In this document: positions 49,338-62,237 of the stretch, piece after piece
Layout of the letters: each line of letters begins with the position of its first letter
How positions within the stretch are numbered: position 1 is the stretch's first letter
NCBI RefSeq assembly: GCF_021028975.2
Contig: NC_059429.1
Span: forward strand, 112,406,001 to 112,470,000
Direction of reading: 5' to 3'
Length of the DNA stretch: 64,000 bases
From: Sphaerodactylus townsendi
Lineage: Eukaryota
The notes under the pieces: generated by a model
What the model saw: only the letters and a program-made list of their open reading frames with translations
Told to the model about the DNA's origin: nothing
The model's database searches: none
Made by a program: the position numbers and the translations under genes

Positions 49338-51304
49338 CCCTGCATGCCTTCTGATGCTCTAATATACAACATGTTTCCCCTCATCGAATCAGGTGGGGTT
49401 TTTTTTTTGCATCTGAACTTGGATACTGCATGGTAAGCCTTGCCCATATCATAAAGAAGCTTTCATTGATTCATCAGCCCCAAGCTCTTCCTGGATGCCA
49501 ACACTATAGCTTCACAGATCAGTGTAGAGCCCCCACAGTACTGATCTGCTACTTGATTTTATGGGAGGGCCACATTGAGAAGGGCAAGGAGTATAAAATG
49601 CATTGACAAGCCCATTCCACCTTAAGGTGAACACAATAATTAACCAGGTGGCAACTCATTTCAGTTTGGATGGAACCACTCCGTAAGTTGTTCAACTGTA
49701 TTGTTCCACCCACACGTGAGAATAATTCTTGTTGCACTTCAGATATCTGAGGAAGCTTCAGGACTGATAGAATCCTCCTTATCTCTTGACAGGGCAATAT
49801 AGACAACTGACTTATAAAATGATTACACACTCTCACTGCGTGGTTTACAGGCACACTGTGCATGTGGAGAGCCACCTGGAAAAAATGGTTCTCTGTATCA
49901 ACTCTTGGCTTTCTCTCCTCACACAAAACGTATGTTGTGTTCTATGTATAACGCCCCCTTATTTTTCCTTTTATGGATACATTCTTCAAACTTTTACCTT
50001 CTGTTCTGCATCCCACAAAGGAATAGTCAAACCTAATTGCCTTCAGAAAGTGCATGATTAGAGATTTTAAATGGCTGGCTGCTAATGATCTAATACACAA
50101 GTCTACTTGCTACTGTAATCATCGGTTCCCTTTATGAAAACACTTCCTTATAATTACAGAAGTACAAAGTGTTTCCTTTTTGTGTGTAATGAATTTCATA
50201 AGCAATTACTGAAGTTCCAGTCTCTTTTGTTAGTTAATAGCCATTATTTCCTCAACTCTTTTGGCTGCTATTCTCGCAAAAGAGCCCAAATTTTATAGAT
50301 CCTTAAATATTATACATATTTAAAACCCTACACCATTTATTTTAAAGGTTAGTAGCACCTGGGGAGGAAAGAATGTAAGACAGAATATTTTTAGCACATA
50401 ACAGATTGCATGCACTCAGGCTATAATTAGTATTTGATTCTAAATGCTGAAGGACAAAATCAAAAATAAAGAGTGATTGCAGACAGAAATCTGTTTGTCT
50501 AAACATCTGCTGTTTCAGAATCACCAGGCAGGTGTAAGGAGGGAAAAAAGACCATACTTTCCAAAAGTCTCAATATTACTTTATTTGTCATTTCTCTAAT
50601 TGTTTTAGTGCATACAAAACACCCTGCAGTTTTCTTTGAATATTGTTCTCAGGATAATTGTTATCTTGAGAACCTGAGAATTCTTTCCTTGGAGTAAGCT
50701 CCACTGGATACACTTGAGTAAAGTTCTGAGTGGTTAAATATCCCTCTGGGGCTAGAAAACATATTGTTTATACAACTGTTTTTGAGTCTACACACACTGT
50801 CAGGGTTAGCACATAGATAATGTATGGGTTGTGAATAGGAGGGGTGTTGTAGTGGCCTTCCCCACTAAAAATGACTCCTCTGAATTTCTAGCTTTCTAGA
50901 CCATCTTACTGCAGAAAAAAATATGTTATACAAAGGTGTGGATGGAGAGGACATAGTGTCAAAACAGTCTCAAGACCCATAATCTTAGTATGGAAATCCA
51001 AATTAATTTGAGCCAAAGACACACCCTGTTCTAATTCCAAAACTGCATACTTCTAATTATATGCAAAGTGCATTCCACCTCATTACATGGTAACCTATGT
51101 CATATTAGGGTATAGGTTCTAGACTTCAAGGGAGGAGGTAGGCAGAGAATCACTGTCATTCCTTATTTTGGTAATTAAAGTACTAGTTAGCTGACATATC
51201 CTCCTTTCCTGATTCCCTCACCTTTCCCAACAGTGCTGAATCCTATCCCCATTTATTGCCTTAGGCTTATGTCCTGCAACATGTCATAGCAGAATACTTC
51301 TTCA

Positions 51305-51394
51305 CAGGCCCAGAACGAGGGGGAACTGCGCCCAGGGCATGTATGCACCCTGTGCCCCTGCTACACCCCATACTCCTTTGGCACTACGCCACTG
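51305..51394. mobile_element. Short GC-rich hAT MITE
   Basis: TSD CTTCTTCA on both sides (51297-51304, 51395-51402); ends CTACGCCACTG. Confidence 0.75.
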
Positions 51395-51688
51395 CTTCTT
51401 CATGAGCTAAATGACAAAAAGATCACAGCAAATCACTTTTCCTTGCAGAGTTTCTATACCGTGTTACAGACTTTTTAAATGTAATTCATTAACCAAAGAT
51501 GCAGCCAACCTCTATCAACCTGCAGCTTGTGTGGATAGTATCTCATTGTTAAAAGAATGCCCTTCCTTACTCTGTTTCTGAAAAGTGTAGCAAAGAAGGT
51601 GAGCTCCAGACTACCTTTGGCTAGAGAAAAAAGGGTTTGCTGTTTAAGGAGAGATGTTCATAGTTGGAAGGCTGAGCTACAGCTAGAA

Positions 51689-51814
51689 CAGGGGCCTGCA
51701 ACCTGCGGCTCTCCAGATGGTCATGGACTACAAATCCCATCAGCCCCTGCTGGCAGGGGCAGATGGGATTTGTAGTCCATGACCATCTGGAGAGCCGCAG
51801 GTTGCAGACCACTG
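51689..51814. mobile_element. Near-perfect palindromic hAT MITE
   Basis: Fold-back over the whole 126 bp; perfect TSD AGCTAGAA (51681-51688, 51815-51822). Confidence 0.92.
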
Positions 51815-52067
51815 AGCTAGAAGAACATAGTAAGTTGGAGAAGGAATTCAGAACAACCTCTTAATTGTTATTCCTCCATCTTTTTAGAGGTCTCTCAGTT
51901 ATCTGCCGTACTACCATTACTGCCACTAATCACTAGCATTATTAATACTGCTAATAATTATGTTGTGGTGGGTTTATATAAGTGAAATAATTTTTTTTAG
52001 TAAAATAATGCTACATTGCGCAGATGTAACCATCGTTTTGAATGGAGTATCAGTCAGTGGTCATCAT

Positions 52068-52467
52068 ACAGCCCCATCCAAGGGGCTGGGCGCCTGTCTG
52101 TACCAGCCCACACCTCCACGGAGGCTTCCCAGCAGCGTGGGGAAGTGTTCAACATGAAAAAGTCTCCCCACTGCTGGAAAGCTCCCACTGGGCTTAACAG
52201 ACTTATGCCACTGGGCTGCCAGCGCAATGGAGGCAATGGCCAGGAGGGAACCAACCAGCATTGGCTCCTCTTCCAGCCATGCCCCTGGACTACCCCCACT
52301 TTGCCAGTGGTGGCCGCAGGAGCTGCATGCTGGGGAGGACTGCAGTAACCCCACAGGGCTGATTTGCCCCTCTGCTGGGGCAAGTGCCCCGCAGATGGCA
52401 AATCCAGTGGCATGGCTACACATCACTCCCACCAGTGGATTCACCCCCCCCTCTTTGGATTGGGCTA
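52068..52467. mobile_element. MITE with CAGCCCAATCC-type termini
   Basis: CAGCCCCATCCAA ... TTGGATTGGGCT; related GC-rich copies at ~39374-39848 and ~30150-30600. Confidence 0.55.
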
Positions 52468-53681
52468 ATAGAGTTTAGAGAAATGGTACTCAGTCCATGG
52501 CCAGTCACTATAATTTCAATGTGAAAACCACCTGGAAACTACAAGTCCCACCCGGCAAGAACTTTGCCCACTTTCCTGAATCATAGGGCAGGTACCCCAT
52601 TGGGGAACAGTGCTTAGAAGAGTCACAGGTGGCATGCAAAAGAGCCTCATGCAGCTCCTGAGCCACTGATTGATGCAACACTGATTTAGAGTCTAGATGA
52701 GCTCTTTCTGTTTTGGCTTATGACTGCCCTTACCATAGGCGGAGGTACCATGGGGCGGGAGGGGGGATGTCCTGGCGCAGGCATGGGGGGAAGAATCATC
52801 CCCCACCCCTCCCCTCAAACCACCCCCACGTCGCAGGGTAGCCTCTGCGGACCAGCACAGGCTGCTCTTTTAGCTTTTAAAGGTAAGTGAGGCGTGAGGA
52901 GTGTGGGAGCACACGGGGGCATGCAGGGGGACGCGGGTGCCATTTTACCCCAGGTGCCAGTTTTCCCCCTATGGCACTGGTCCTTCCTCTAGTGTATCCT
53001 TAGGCACCTTCATCATAACATTTCTGGCTATGTCCTCATGTCATATAATACTTGAATGTATAATAACCCGATATTCCACATTACTCTGCAGTAAACATCA
53101 TTTCTCAGTTTCCTGCCCATAATCAGTGTTGACAATTAGAATACACACTCCCTGCCATAAATATCCATTGAAAAGAGAGCAGTACCTTAAATATAACATC
53201 ATGACTAATCTTCATTGAAGTTTTCTCATACACAAGAAAACTGAGAACAAATCCAGATCTACTAAATCTCCTGGAATACGGAACTATGATCTTTCATACG
53301 TGGTATTGCTTTCATACAAGATCACAATCTGAGGTTGCAACACTGCAGCACCAGGCACAACAGATTTTAAATGGCCTCTTTAGTACAGTATGAATGGCTA
53401 CAATAGAAAACAAATAATGGTTTGCTATGCATCCTGTTCTCTTGTATTCACACAAGAACATGCCTGTGTGTAAGAATTCAGTGGTCTCATACTGAGGACT
53501 GAGGCACTAATGCTCTCTCTTTCACTGTTAGCTTTTTAGAAGAGGGAACCCCTGGCTTGCTGTCTCCAGAACCCAGCACTGTTGAAGAGTACTGCTTCCA
53601 GATTACTGGAGTACTGCTTCCAGATTAGATGACAAAATGACCCAATTGCATTTCTTTTAGTTTAAGCAATGCTTTCCAGTT

Positions 53682-53887
53682 NNNNNNNNNNNNNNNNNNN
53701 NNNNNNNNNNNNNNNNNNNNNNNNNNNNNNNNNNNNNNNNNNNNNNNNNNNNNNNNNNNNNNNNNNNNNNNNNNNNNNNNNNNNNNNNNNNNNNNNNNNN
53801 NNNNNNNNNNNNNNNNNNNNNNNNNNNNNNNNNNNNNNNNNNNNNNNNNNNNNNNNNNNNNNNNNNNNNNNNNNNNNNNNNNNNNNN
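53682..53887. other. Assembly gap (206 N)
   Basis: Run of N. Confidence 1.
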
Positions 53888-56800
53888 CCCTCTTCCTGCA
53901 GGACTTAGGGCGGGTCACAACACTATTTATAATACAATCATAAAAACCTTCAAAATTGAAAAATTACCAATACAACCTTAAAACAATAAATAACGCCATA
54001 CATTGAAATAGTTATTACACAGATAGTCACAAATAATCCTCTTCCACCACCTCTTCTGGCTTCAAAAGTGTGGTTTATCCATTCCACAAGTAACACCCAC
54101 TTTTTAGCAAAGACTTTAGGCCTTTACAGGAATGACTACTTTATTTTAGAAGCAACTTAGCTTTACAGCATATATGAACATATCTGGAAATGATGTAAAA
54201 TAAAAACTTAAAAACAGAAATTTATCTGTCTATTTCCTGGGAGGAGAAAGCTTATATACTATTAAAAAGGTGAATCACAGCATATCCTGCAAATTTTTCC
54301 ATAAACAAATGTCACCCTGTTCTGCAGTGTCAGAGAAAAATATAGTGCTTGTAAGCCCATTTTGAGTTTTCCAAAGAATTATAACCTGGGAAGCTCAATA
54401 AATGAGCTAAAGCTATATGCATGATGCCCTATGAAACTCTACCCTAGAAACAAATCTCAGCCATGGAAGATAGAAAACCATTAAAAAGATTACTAGTTTC
54501 TAAAACAAACAAATAATGGGGACAAGCAGAGGGTGTAGGAGAACTGGTTTGTCAAAACGGCAGTTAAGGTTTTAAATAATTACTTCTTTAGTCAAAAAAC
54601 AACTAAAGGAAAAGCAGATTTGAATTTCAAACAGCACCAAATAAATTCTAGTGAATTTCATTAAGAACTGTGTTACATATTTATCAGGTCCTCTTTAGTT
54701 TGAACGGACAGTACATGCCACTCATTTTAAAAATAACATAATTAGTTTACATTCATCCTGGTGCTAGAAAAAAAAACCCAAGAATCATATGCACTGGATT
54801 TTTTAAAGTTACTTTTGAGAAACCTAATACAGTGATCAGTTGTCCAGATTCATGTAAAATGAGAACTATGTTGCTTGGGCATTAGGCGCTGTCCCTAATA
54901 CTGTTAAGCTTGTAGACACTTCCGAATTTTGAGAATGTGTTGTTGGCATCACAATAAAAAGGCATCACAATAAAAAGGGACTTTGGTCAGAAAATATTGA
55001 AAATGTTGGGAAGTCCAACAAAACATTACTAATTTCCAAGCAAGTGCCCTCCTAAAATAAAGGAAGCTGTTTTCAAATGGGTGCTCCCTACAAGTGGAAA
55101 GGTGACACTTTGAGGACTCTTTTTCAGTGAAAAGGAGAGATGGCTCTTTGCTTTTGGGATATAGGGGCCATGAAACACATTAGAGGGCCACAGCACCCAT
55201 GGACGCAACACTCTGTACCATGTTGCAGAGTTCTATAAAAATAAACTTTGGTTTGTGGCAACATGATGGAGCATTAAAAAAGCTTCTGGCTTGCTTGCTT
55301 GATCCCTGTTTCCTCCATCTTTAAGTGCACTGAAATAATTCCACAAATCGCCAAAGACAGTATTCTGTCGGATGGCACAAATTAAGACCACAGCTCCTCA
55401 TTGTTATGTGGAAGTGTAGTGGAGCTGCAGCAACTTCATTGTCTATTTAACAGGCTCTCCCAGATGTTCAAAGGGGTTTTCTTCTGGCTATATTGCTCTG
55501 CAATACTCATAATAATCATTTTCCAGATAATGGGATTTAAAAACACACACACTCAACAATCCCTCAGCACCATGCACCTGTCCTGTGAACAGGGGGAGGC
55601 TCCCGCCAACCTCCCTTTGAAATACACCGGGAGTTCATTTCTGCAAATTCCACAACATGCCCAGGTTGCATTTTTAAACAAGAACTGTCAAATCCAACAC
55701 TGCTTGCTGTTACCCTAATTGAATCGGCTCATGGCCTGTCCATCAAAACACGTGCTTTGCTGTGAAGTATCAGGCAGCTTTAATGATTTATTTATTTCAA
55801 GTCATCTGGTATTGCAGCAGGACAATCCATTGGCATGTGTTTGAAAATCATTTTCCTTAATTATTGAAGCGCTTGGAAATTTTTAGGCCCACGGAAACAC
55901 TGGGGCTAAACGTGGTGTGTTTTTAATCAACATAAATTTTGAAAAAAAAAAATCACATAAAACACTCAGTAGATCAGAACTCACATTTACACTTGTACTT
56001 CCAGGAGAAAATAAGAAACGTGCCAAGCCAACCACTGGAACCACTCACCACATACAAATAAATAAGCTGCCCAGGAGCTAAGTCTTCATTGCTGTATGAA
56101 GGAGCACATCTTGCAAATCTGTATTTCAAAGAGTGTTTGATATGGGCTCTGCCTGCTCTCTGGTAAAGTGCGTCCTGTTGAGAGGTTATTTCTGTCTTTT
56201 AAAAAACACTCCATTCACCATTGTGTGAAGCTAGTTTGTTTGGACAGTATAACACGGTATTTGTATCGCCAAAGAAAGAAGAAGAGTGCTTTCACCTTTA
56301 GGGGGTATACAGTTTCCTGGGTACTACCAGTAGCAATTCAACCCTTACCTTTCTGCAGGTGATTTAAAGCCAGGGCAGGGCAGGGCAGGGATAGCAAAAA
56401 GCCTATGCCCTGCAGCTATGGCACTTTTTGAGCTACTATGGTAGCATCCAGTGTGTTGTAGTGGTTAAGTGCTTGCACTGCCACTCACAGAGTCAGGAGT
56501 TTGAGCCCCCTGTGGGTCAGATATCCTGGCAGCACCAATTTGGGATGGCCTTGTGGCTTGTCGCTTGCTCTCAGCTACTTGCATCTGCTGGGCTGCATGT
56601 CTTTATTTCAACAGTGTTTTATTTTGCATACTTGGAAACCACGCTGAGCTCCCCTGGGCTGAAGAAAAATGAGGTAAACATCTTTAAACAAATTCATAAA
56701 TTTATTTACTTTGTTTATAGCCTGCCTTTCTCTTTGAGACTCAGGGCAGATTAAGAATTTTTTTTTTTAAAAAAATCAATGTATGCAGCATAAGACATGC

Positions 56801-57164
56801 AATAAACAATGCAACTGTACAAGGACTACAAAATTAGAAGACAATGTGAGCAACATACTGCCTAGGAAAATAATAGCAAAATTACAAAGGTAGAAGACAA
56901 TGCAATAAAAGCAAAATTATACCTAGAATAATCATTGGAGTGGAAAACAATCCTACTGCATTCTAAAGGCACCCTCCGGGACTGTTAAATTCTGCTACAG
57001 TTCTAATCCCTTTGCAAAAATACCCTCCTAATATTTCTGTTTTGTTTGTCATGCAAAATGATAAACTTATTCTTCGGAGCTACCTAGGAACTACCTTATT
57101 TAATTAGATCAAGGTCCATTTAGCCCAGTAGTCTGTGATCAACAAGAAGATTTTTTGATATTCA

Positions 57165-57362
57165 TATGCAAGGTAGAAGAACTTCCTGACTATAAGGGCT
57201 GTTTGACAGTGGACTATGCTGCCTCAGAGGGTGGTGGAGTCTCTGGAGGTTTTTAAACAAAGGCTGGATGGCCGTTAGGAGTGCTTTGTTGTGTGTTCCA
57301 GCTTGGCAGGAGGTTGGATTAGATTGCCCTTGTGATCGTTTCTAACTCTACGATGCTATGAT
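57165..57362 (+). mobile_element. CR1 LINE 3' fragment
   Basis: Homologous to 19075-19350 in the opposite orientation; degenerate (TTCTATGA) tail. Confidence 0.7.
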
Positions 57363-57952
57363 GTATTTATTTCCTATGTTAAAACATCAGCAAGTGGGAA
57401 CCCACAAGAAACTTGCAGGAGAAACTATCCCATTGCCCCCACCCTTGCACCCTTGACTGAGCAGTCCTGAGTCACCAGTGCAGACCCCAGCCCCCCTGTG
57501 TGTTAAGGTGAGGAACCACCAGCTGGGCATCTCTTCTCTGGGGCTGCCTTCACATCCTGCAATCAGGCCCCAAGAAAAAGAGGAAGGCATGTCACCAGCC
57601 CTACTGCCTCCTTGCTGTCCCAGCACAGTAGCTGCAGAAATGGTTCCCTCCTCCCTGGAGGTGATTGGCAGTTGGGGGGGGAGGCAAGTCTGGGTTGGGG
57701 GAAAGGTGAATCAGGGCATCCTTGGCGCCAGGCTTGGGGAGGTGATTCTGTGTGCATAATGTACAGTCAAGTCACTTCCACATTATGGCAGGTCTATGTT
57801 GTTTTCAATTAAGAAACCTTGCTTCCATGTGGATCCTAATATAAGTTTCTCTTCCAGTTAAGAGGATTTGTGCTTTGGTAGCATAACCTGTAGGCATCTA
57901 TCTCACTGTCTAGAAAAAAATACTTTGAATCTATTTTCTTAAAAGGCTAGTA

Positions 57953-58138
57953 CAGTGGTTCTCAACCTGGGGGTCGGGACCCCTTTGGGGGTCGAACGAC
58001 CCTTTCACAGGGGTCGCCTAAGACTCTCTGCATCAGTGTTCTCCATCTGTAAAATGGATAAATGTTATGGTTGGGGGTCACCACAACATGAGGAACTGTA
58101 TTAAAGGGTTGCGGCATTAGGAAGGTTGAGAACCACTG
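57953..58138 (+). mobile_element. SPIN (Space Invader)/URR1-type non-autonomous hAT element
   Basis: CAGTGGTTCTCAACCT...GACCCCTTTGGGGGTCGAACGACCCTTTCACAGGGGTCGCCTAAGAC and ATGGTTGGGGGTCACCACAACATGAGGAACTGTATTAAAGGG...AGGAAGGTTGAGAACCACTG match SPIN/URR1 ends as I recall them; perfect TSD GGCTAGTA. Confidence 0.88.
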
Positions 58139-58539
58139 GGCTAGTACCTTTTAAATCTGGCTTGCCAGACCTTTGCCAGAGGCAAAAGATCCCCCATTGG
58201 ACCACCTCACCTCAGTGCCATCCAGGGGGTCTCACCAGCTGCAAACTGAGGCCTGGGCCTTGCGTTGTTGGCACATTGCTGCCACTTCTGAAACAGTTTC
58301 TTCCATAGAGTTTTTGCCCTGATACCAGAATTTCTTCTATGTTGTCAGTGATATGATGACATTGCTTGCACTGATGATGATAAGGCCTAGGCCTCAATTT
58401 GCAGCTGGTAAGACCACTCCACCCCACCTCTCCCTTGATACCTGCATAAACATTGTCCCTACAGTATCACTTGGAGATTTCTTCTTGTTAATTTCTTCTT
58501 TACCCCTTTACTCATTTACTTTTACCATTCTTTTGTTTA

Positions 58540-58800
58540 CATCTACGCTACCCTCCTAAGGAGGAGTCCGGCCGTTCCCTCCTTTTGGGGAGGCTTTTTA
58601 ATTAATTGGGTTATGGGACGCCTGTTATTATTGTATTAACCGCTGTTTTAATGGTTTTAATGGATTTTAATACATGTAATAATTGTTTATTTTGTCATAA
58701 ACTGGATATATGTTGATGCTGTTGTACACCGCCCAGAGCCCCTAGGGGATGGGGCGGTCTACAAATCTAAACAATAAATAAATACAATAAATAAATAATA
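58540..58800 (+). mobile_element. L2-type LINE 3'UTR and tail
   Basis: GTACACCGCCCAGAGCCC...GGGCGGTCTACAAATCT followed by an (AATA)n tail. Confidence 0.75.
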
Positions 58801-59805
58801 GAAAAGTCTGGAAGATAAAGCAACCACAGATATCTACTGCATCACTGGGCCCTTTTTATATTCCAGTAAATGTAATGTTCTGCATAGGAAAGATGATCTA
58901 GAGAGGCACGAGGTTAACTGTTATAGTTGTTGGAAGTTTGGCACAATTATGGGCTTTCAGTAGAGAACACATGCCTCACTACGGACAGATATATTTTAGG
59001 GGCAGAAAAATAATCTTCAAACGCCTCCAACAATGTTAGAAATTAATGACTCAAAGCAACCAACTGGTACCAAGTGGCATGCTTCTGGGTTAAGGTAAAC
59101 TTTAATCCTCTTGGACTAACTCCTTTAATTCTTTTAGATAATTTTTCTTCAGACTGGGCACAAGCCATTGAGAAGAATTACCATTCCAAGGGTTTACTCC
59201 TCCAGTTCTACACAATCTTGGGTTCTTGAGAGCTAAACAATCACACGGCGAATCTGGGATATAGCCCCCTTCAAGTTGATGGAGCCTTGGTCCACCCTTA
59301 TCTGGCAGCAGAGATTCCCATCCCAGATTTTGTACTAGCTTTGTGTCTTTAAATTTCCTATATACCACAAAGCTTTGGCTTGTTTTAACACTTTATCTTC
59401 AGTTCTGTTGCAAGGAAATATTTTCCGCATTTCAACATTTGCCAACTGAATGCAGTCAAAACAGTTGAACATGTGCTACTCCACTGCTCATTTTATAAAG
59501 ATATTTGTTCCTTATATATCATTCCAAGTTTCCAGGCTGCTCTGATAAATTTTACACGTCTACTATTGCAGACTGCCTTAATGAAACCACCTTTGAGGTA
59601 GCCAAATTTTGTACTTGGGCTTTATCAGTAGAGAAGCAGCTACTCCAACCCTTTTATCAGCCACCCTGTATTACTGAAATTAGTGATCAATGAGGTGAAT
59701 AATTTGTATTGGGTTTATATGTTTTTACCTGTGTTTATGCTGTTTTGGTAGTGTTGACTGATTCTTGATTATAATAAATAAATGATGATGAATGATAATA
59801 ATGAG

Positions 59806-59920
59806 CAGAGGCATAGCAAGGGGAAAAAGCACCCGGTGCACCAGTGCCCCCCCGCCCCCATCCCACCCCGGAACGCCCGGTGCGTCGCGCACCTCCTGTC
59901 CCCTTGGAGCTACACCTCTG
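59806..59920. mobile_element. GC-rich hAT MITE
   Basis: TIRs CAGAGGCATAGC / GCTACACCTCTG; TSD ATAATGAG/ATGATGAG. Confidence 0.8.
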
Positions 59921-61579
59921 ATGATGAGTTTTCTAACATTCCCAGGTTCAAAGTTTGGCTATTCACTTCTAGTGTCACAAGAAGAGCTTTTCTTGGTGAT
60001 GCTTGGAATTTGGAACTGCGTTTGGAGCACTAAATACACCCCCAAATAATTTTTTTTACATTTTTCAGAGTTTCCAAGTTATAAATTATGCATCCATAGA
60101 ATTCCTTCTCTCCCTCAGTAGTCTTGCAAAAAAAGGGAGGGGCTTCCCTTCTCCCAAAAAGCCAATAGAGGCAACTGGCTCTCTTGTATTTTTGTTGGAC
60201 AATAATGTCTCTCGATCCGTTAGCATCTTTTCCCCCCTGAGACTTCTTAAGGAGAAAGCATATGATAGCAGGGCAAACAAGGTGTTTTTAGAGGAGGGAG
60301 GAAAAAAGAAATGAAGAAAAGGGACTAGAATCTTGGAACTGAACTCTTCTAGAAACTGGAATTATGCGTAGTGGCACCAGCAAGAGTGTTCCATAAGTTC
60401 AGCACAGTAAGAAGTGCTCTAAAGATGACTGCCTGTTCCAGTCTCCAGCACAAGAGAAATATCCATAGAAACAGAAACTTCCTTCCAAAGAATGGAAAAT
60501 CCAGAGGCTTTAACATTATTACATACACACACTATTACCGCCTGACTAATTCTGAAAAGGCACCACTGATTCTTAATGCTTCTTAGTGGGCAATTTCAAA
60601 TTTGCATAATTTAAGTAAATATATGCAAATGAATGATGGACTTTTCCTGCCCTCTGGAAGAAGCAACAACTCTACCTCTCTTGTTGGAATTTGTGAAATA
60701 AACAAGGCGTTCTGGACAGTTTCAATTGTTACTAAGACAGCAAAATGTGTTTAAAGATGTTCTGGCAAAAAAAAAGAAAGAGAGGTTTTTTTACTGCAGC
60801 ATTTGGTCATGCAATATGTATGTGAAATTCTTCATTTTTAGCTGGGGGGGTTTACATAAAATATACATTGCCCCCTCCCTCAAAAAAGGAGGGATGTGTC
60901 ATGAAGAGAAAGAAAGCCAACAAGTAACGACAGATGGTGTGTAGTCTAAATCAAGCCAAGGGAGACCAGCTGAAGAGGGCTGAACTTCTTGTGGCAATTC
61001 TGATAGCATCAATATTTCTCTTAGGTCCATGTCCACAGTACACACACAGCAACATGAACAGAAAAAAGAATTCATTAATGTTCTTTGGAGTGCCATCACC
61101 CATACACAAAGGATTCTCACCCTGACCTGACCGTAGTGCAAACCCTAACGCAGAACAAGATAAAGCAATGATTTGGCTGCAGCCTTTTTCCAAGCACATC
61201 AGAGAAAACATGTAGTTATTAATGAGAAGGAGAAAAAGATCTAGGAAGAGGAATTAACCTATTACTGACTGTAATTAGGATGGAGGGATCAATATCATTA
61301 CCACCACAGGCAAATTAATTGTTTACGTAATAAATGGCGAGCCGGCTTGCGAGAGAACAGTCCTTAGGGGCATTGATGTATGAGCTTTTTGATCCCAGAG
61401 TGAAACAGAATTAGAAAGGCACTGTGAATGAAAAAGAAGAGCCTCAGAAATAAAGCGGACTTCTTTAGAGAGGAGGGAACGGCTTCTTTCGCAAACCTAT
61501 TTTACACACACACCCCTTTCTCTTATTTTCTAACTATCTGTTCTTGTTGCCTAACTAAAAACTAACTTGTAATTGCTCA

Positions 61580-61772
61580 GTGGTGTTGGAAAGTGCCGGC
61601 AAGTCACAGCTGACCTATGGGGACTACAGAGAGAAAGTTTTCAAGATGAGCAGAGGTGGTTTGCCATTGCCTGCATTGTGACCTGGGACTTCCTTGGTGG
61701 TCTTCCATCCAAGTCGTAACTAGAGCTGACTCTCTTCAACTTCTGAAATCTGATAAGATTAAGCCAGCCAAG
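61580..61772 (-). mobile_element. 5S rRNA-derived SINE
   Basis: GGTGGTCTTCCATCCAAGTCGTAACTAG (reverse-complement C-box) plus the shared tail. Confidence 0.7.
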
Positions 61773-62088
61773 TCAGCCAGCTCAGGATGCTGCTTACTTC
61801 CCCAGCACCAGTATCCATTCCTGTGTCAGTGTACCTTTACTTAATCATAATTTTTTTTTGCTCCCATTGCCATTTCTAAACAGAACAGTGAATGAAGAAT
61901 GTTAGACTTGGGAGAAACTCCACCCAATGCAGACAAAACACTGTTGTCATGCTCCCAGAGAAGCTCTTACTATTTTCTTATTAAGTCTCAGTTGTCCCTT
62001 CAGTTAGTATGGGTTTAGTTTTTCTTGTATAGTGTTCTAAGGGAGGGAACTTTAGTTAGACCCTGTCCCTTTAAGTAGCCCCCTAGAG

Positions 62089-62200
62089 CAGTGGTGGCGA
62101 ACCTATGGCACGGGTGCCAGAGGTGGCACTCAGAGCCCTCTCTGTGGGCACGCGCAAGCAGAGTTCATCATGTGTGGGGGGGAAATCGCCCCCCAAAACA

Positions 62201-62237
<37 letters not shown>

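Noticed and set aside
53625-53918. ORFs spanning the N-run
   Set aside because: Artefacts of the assembly gap.
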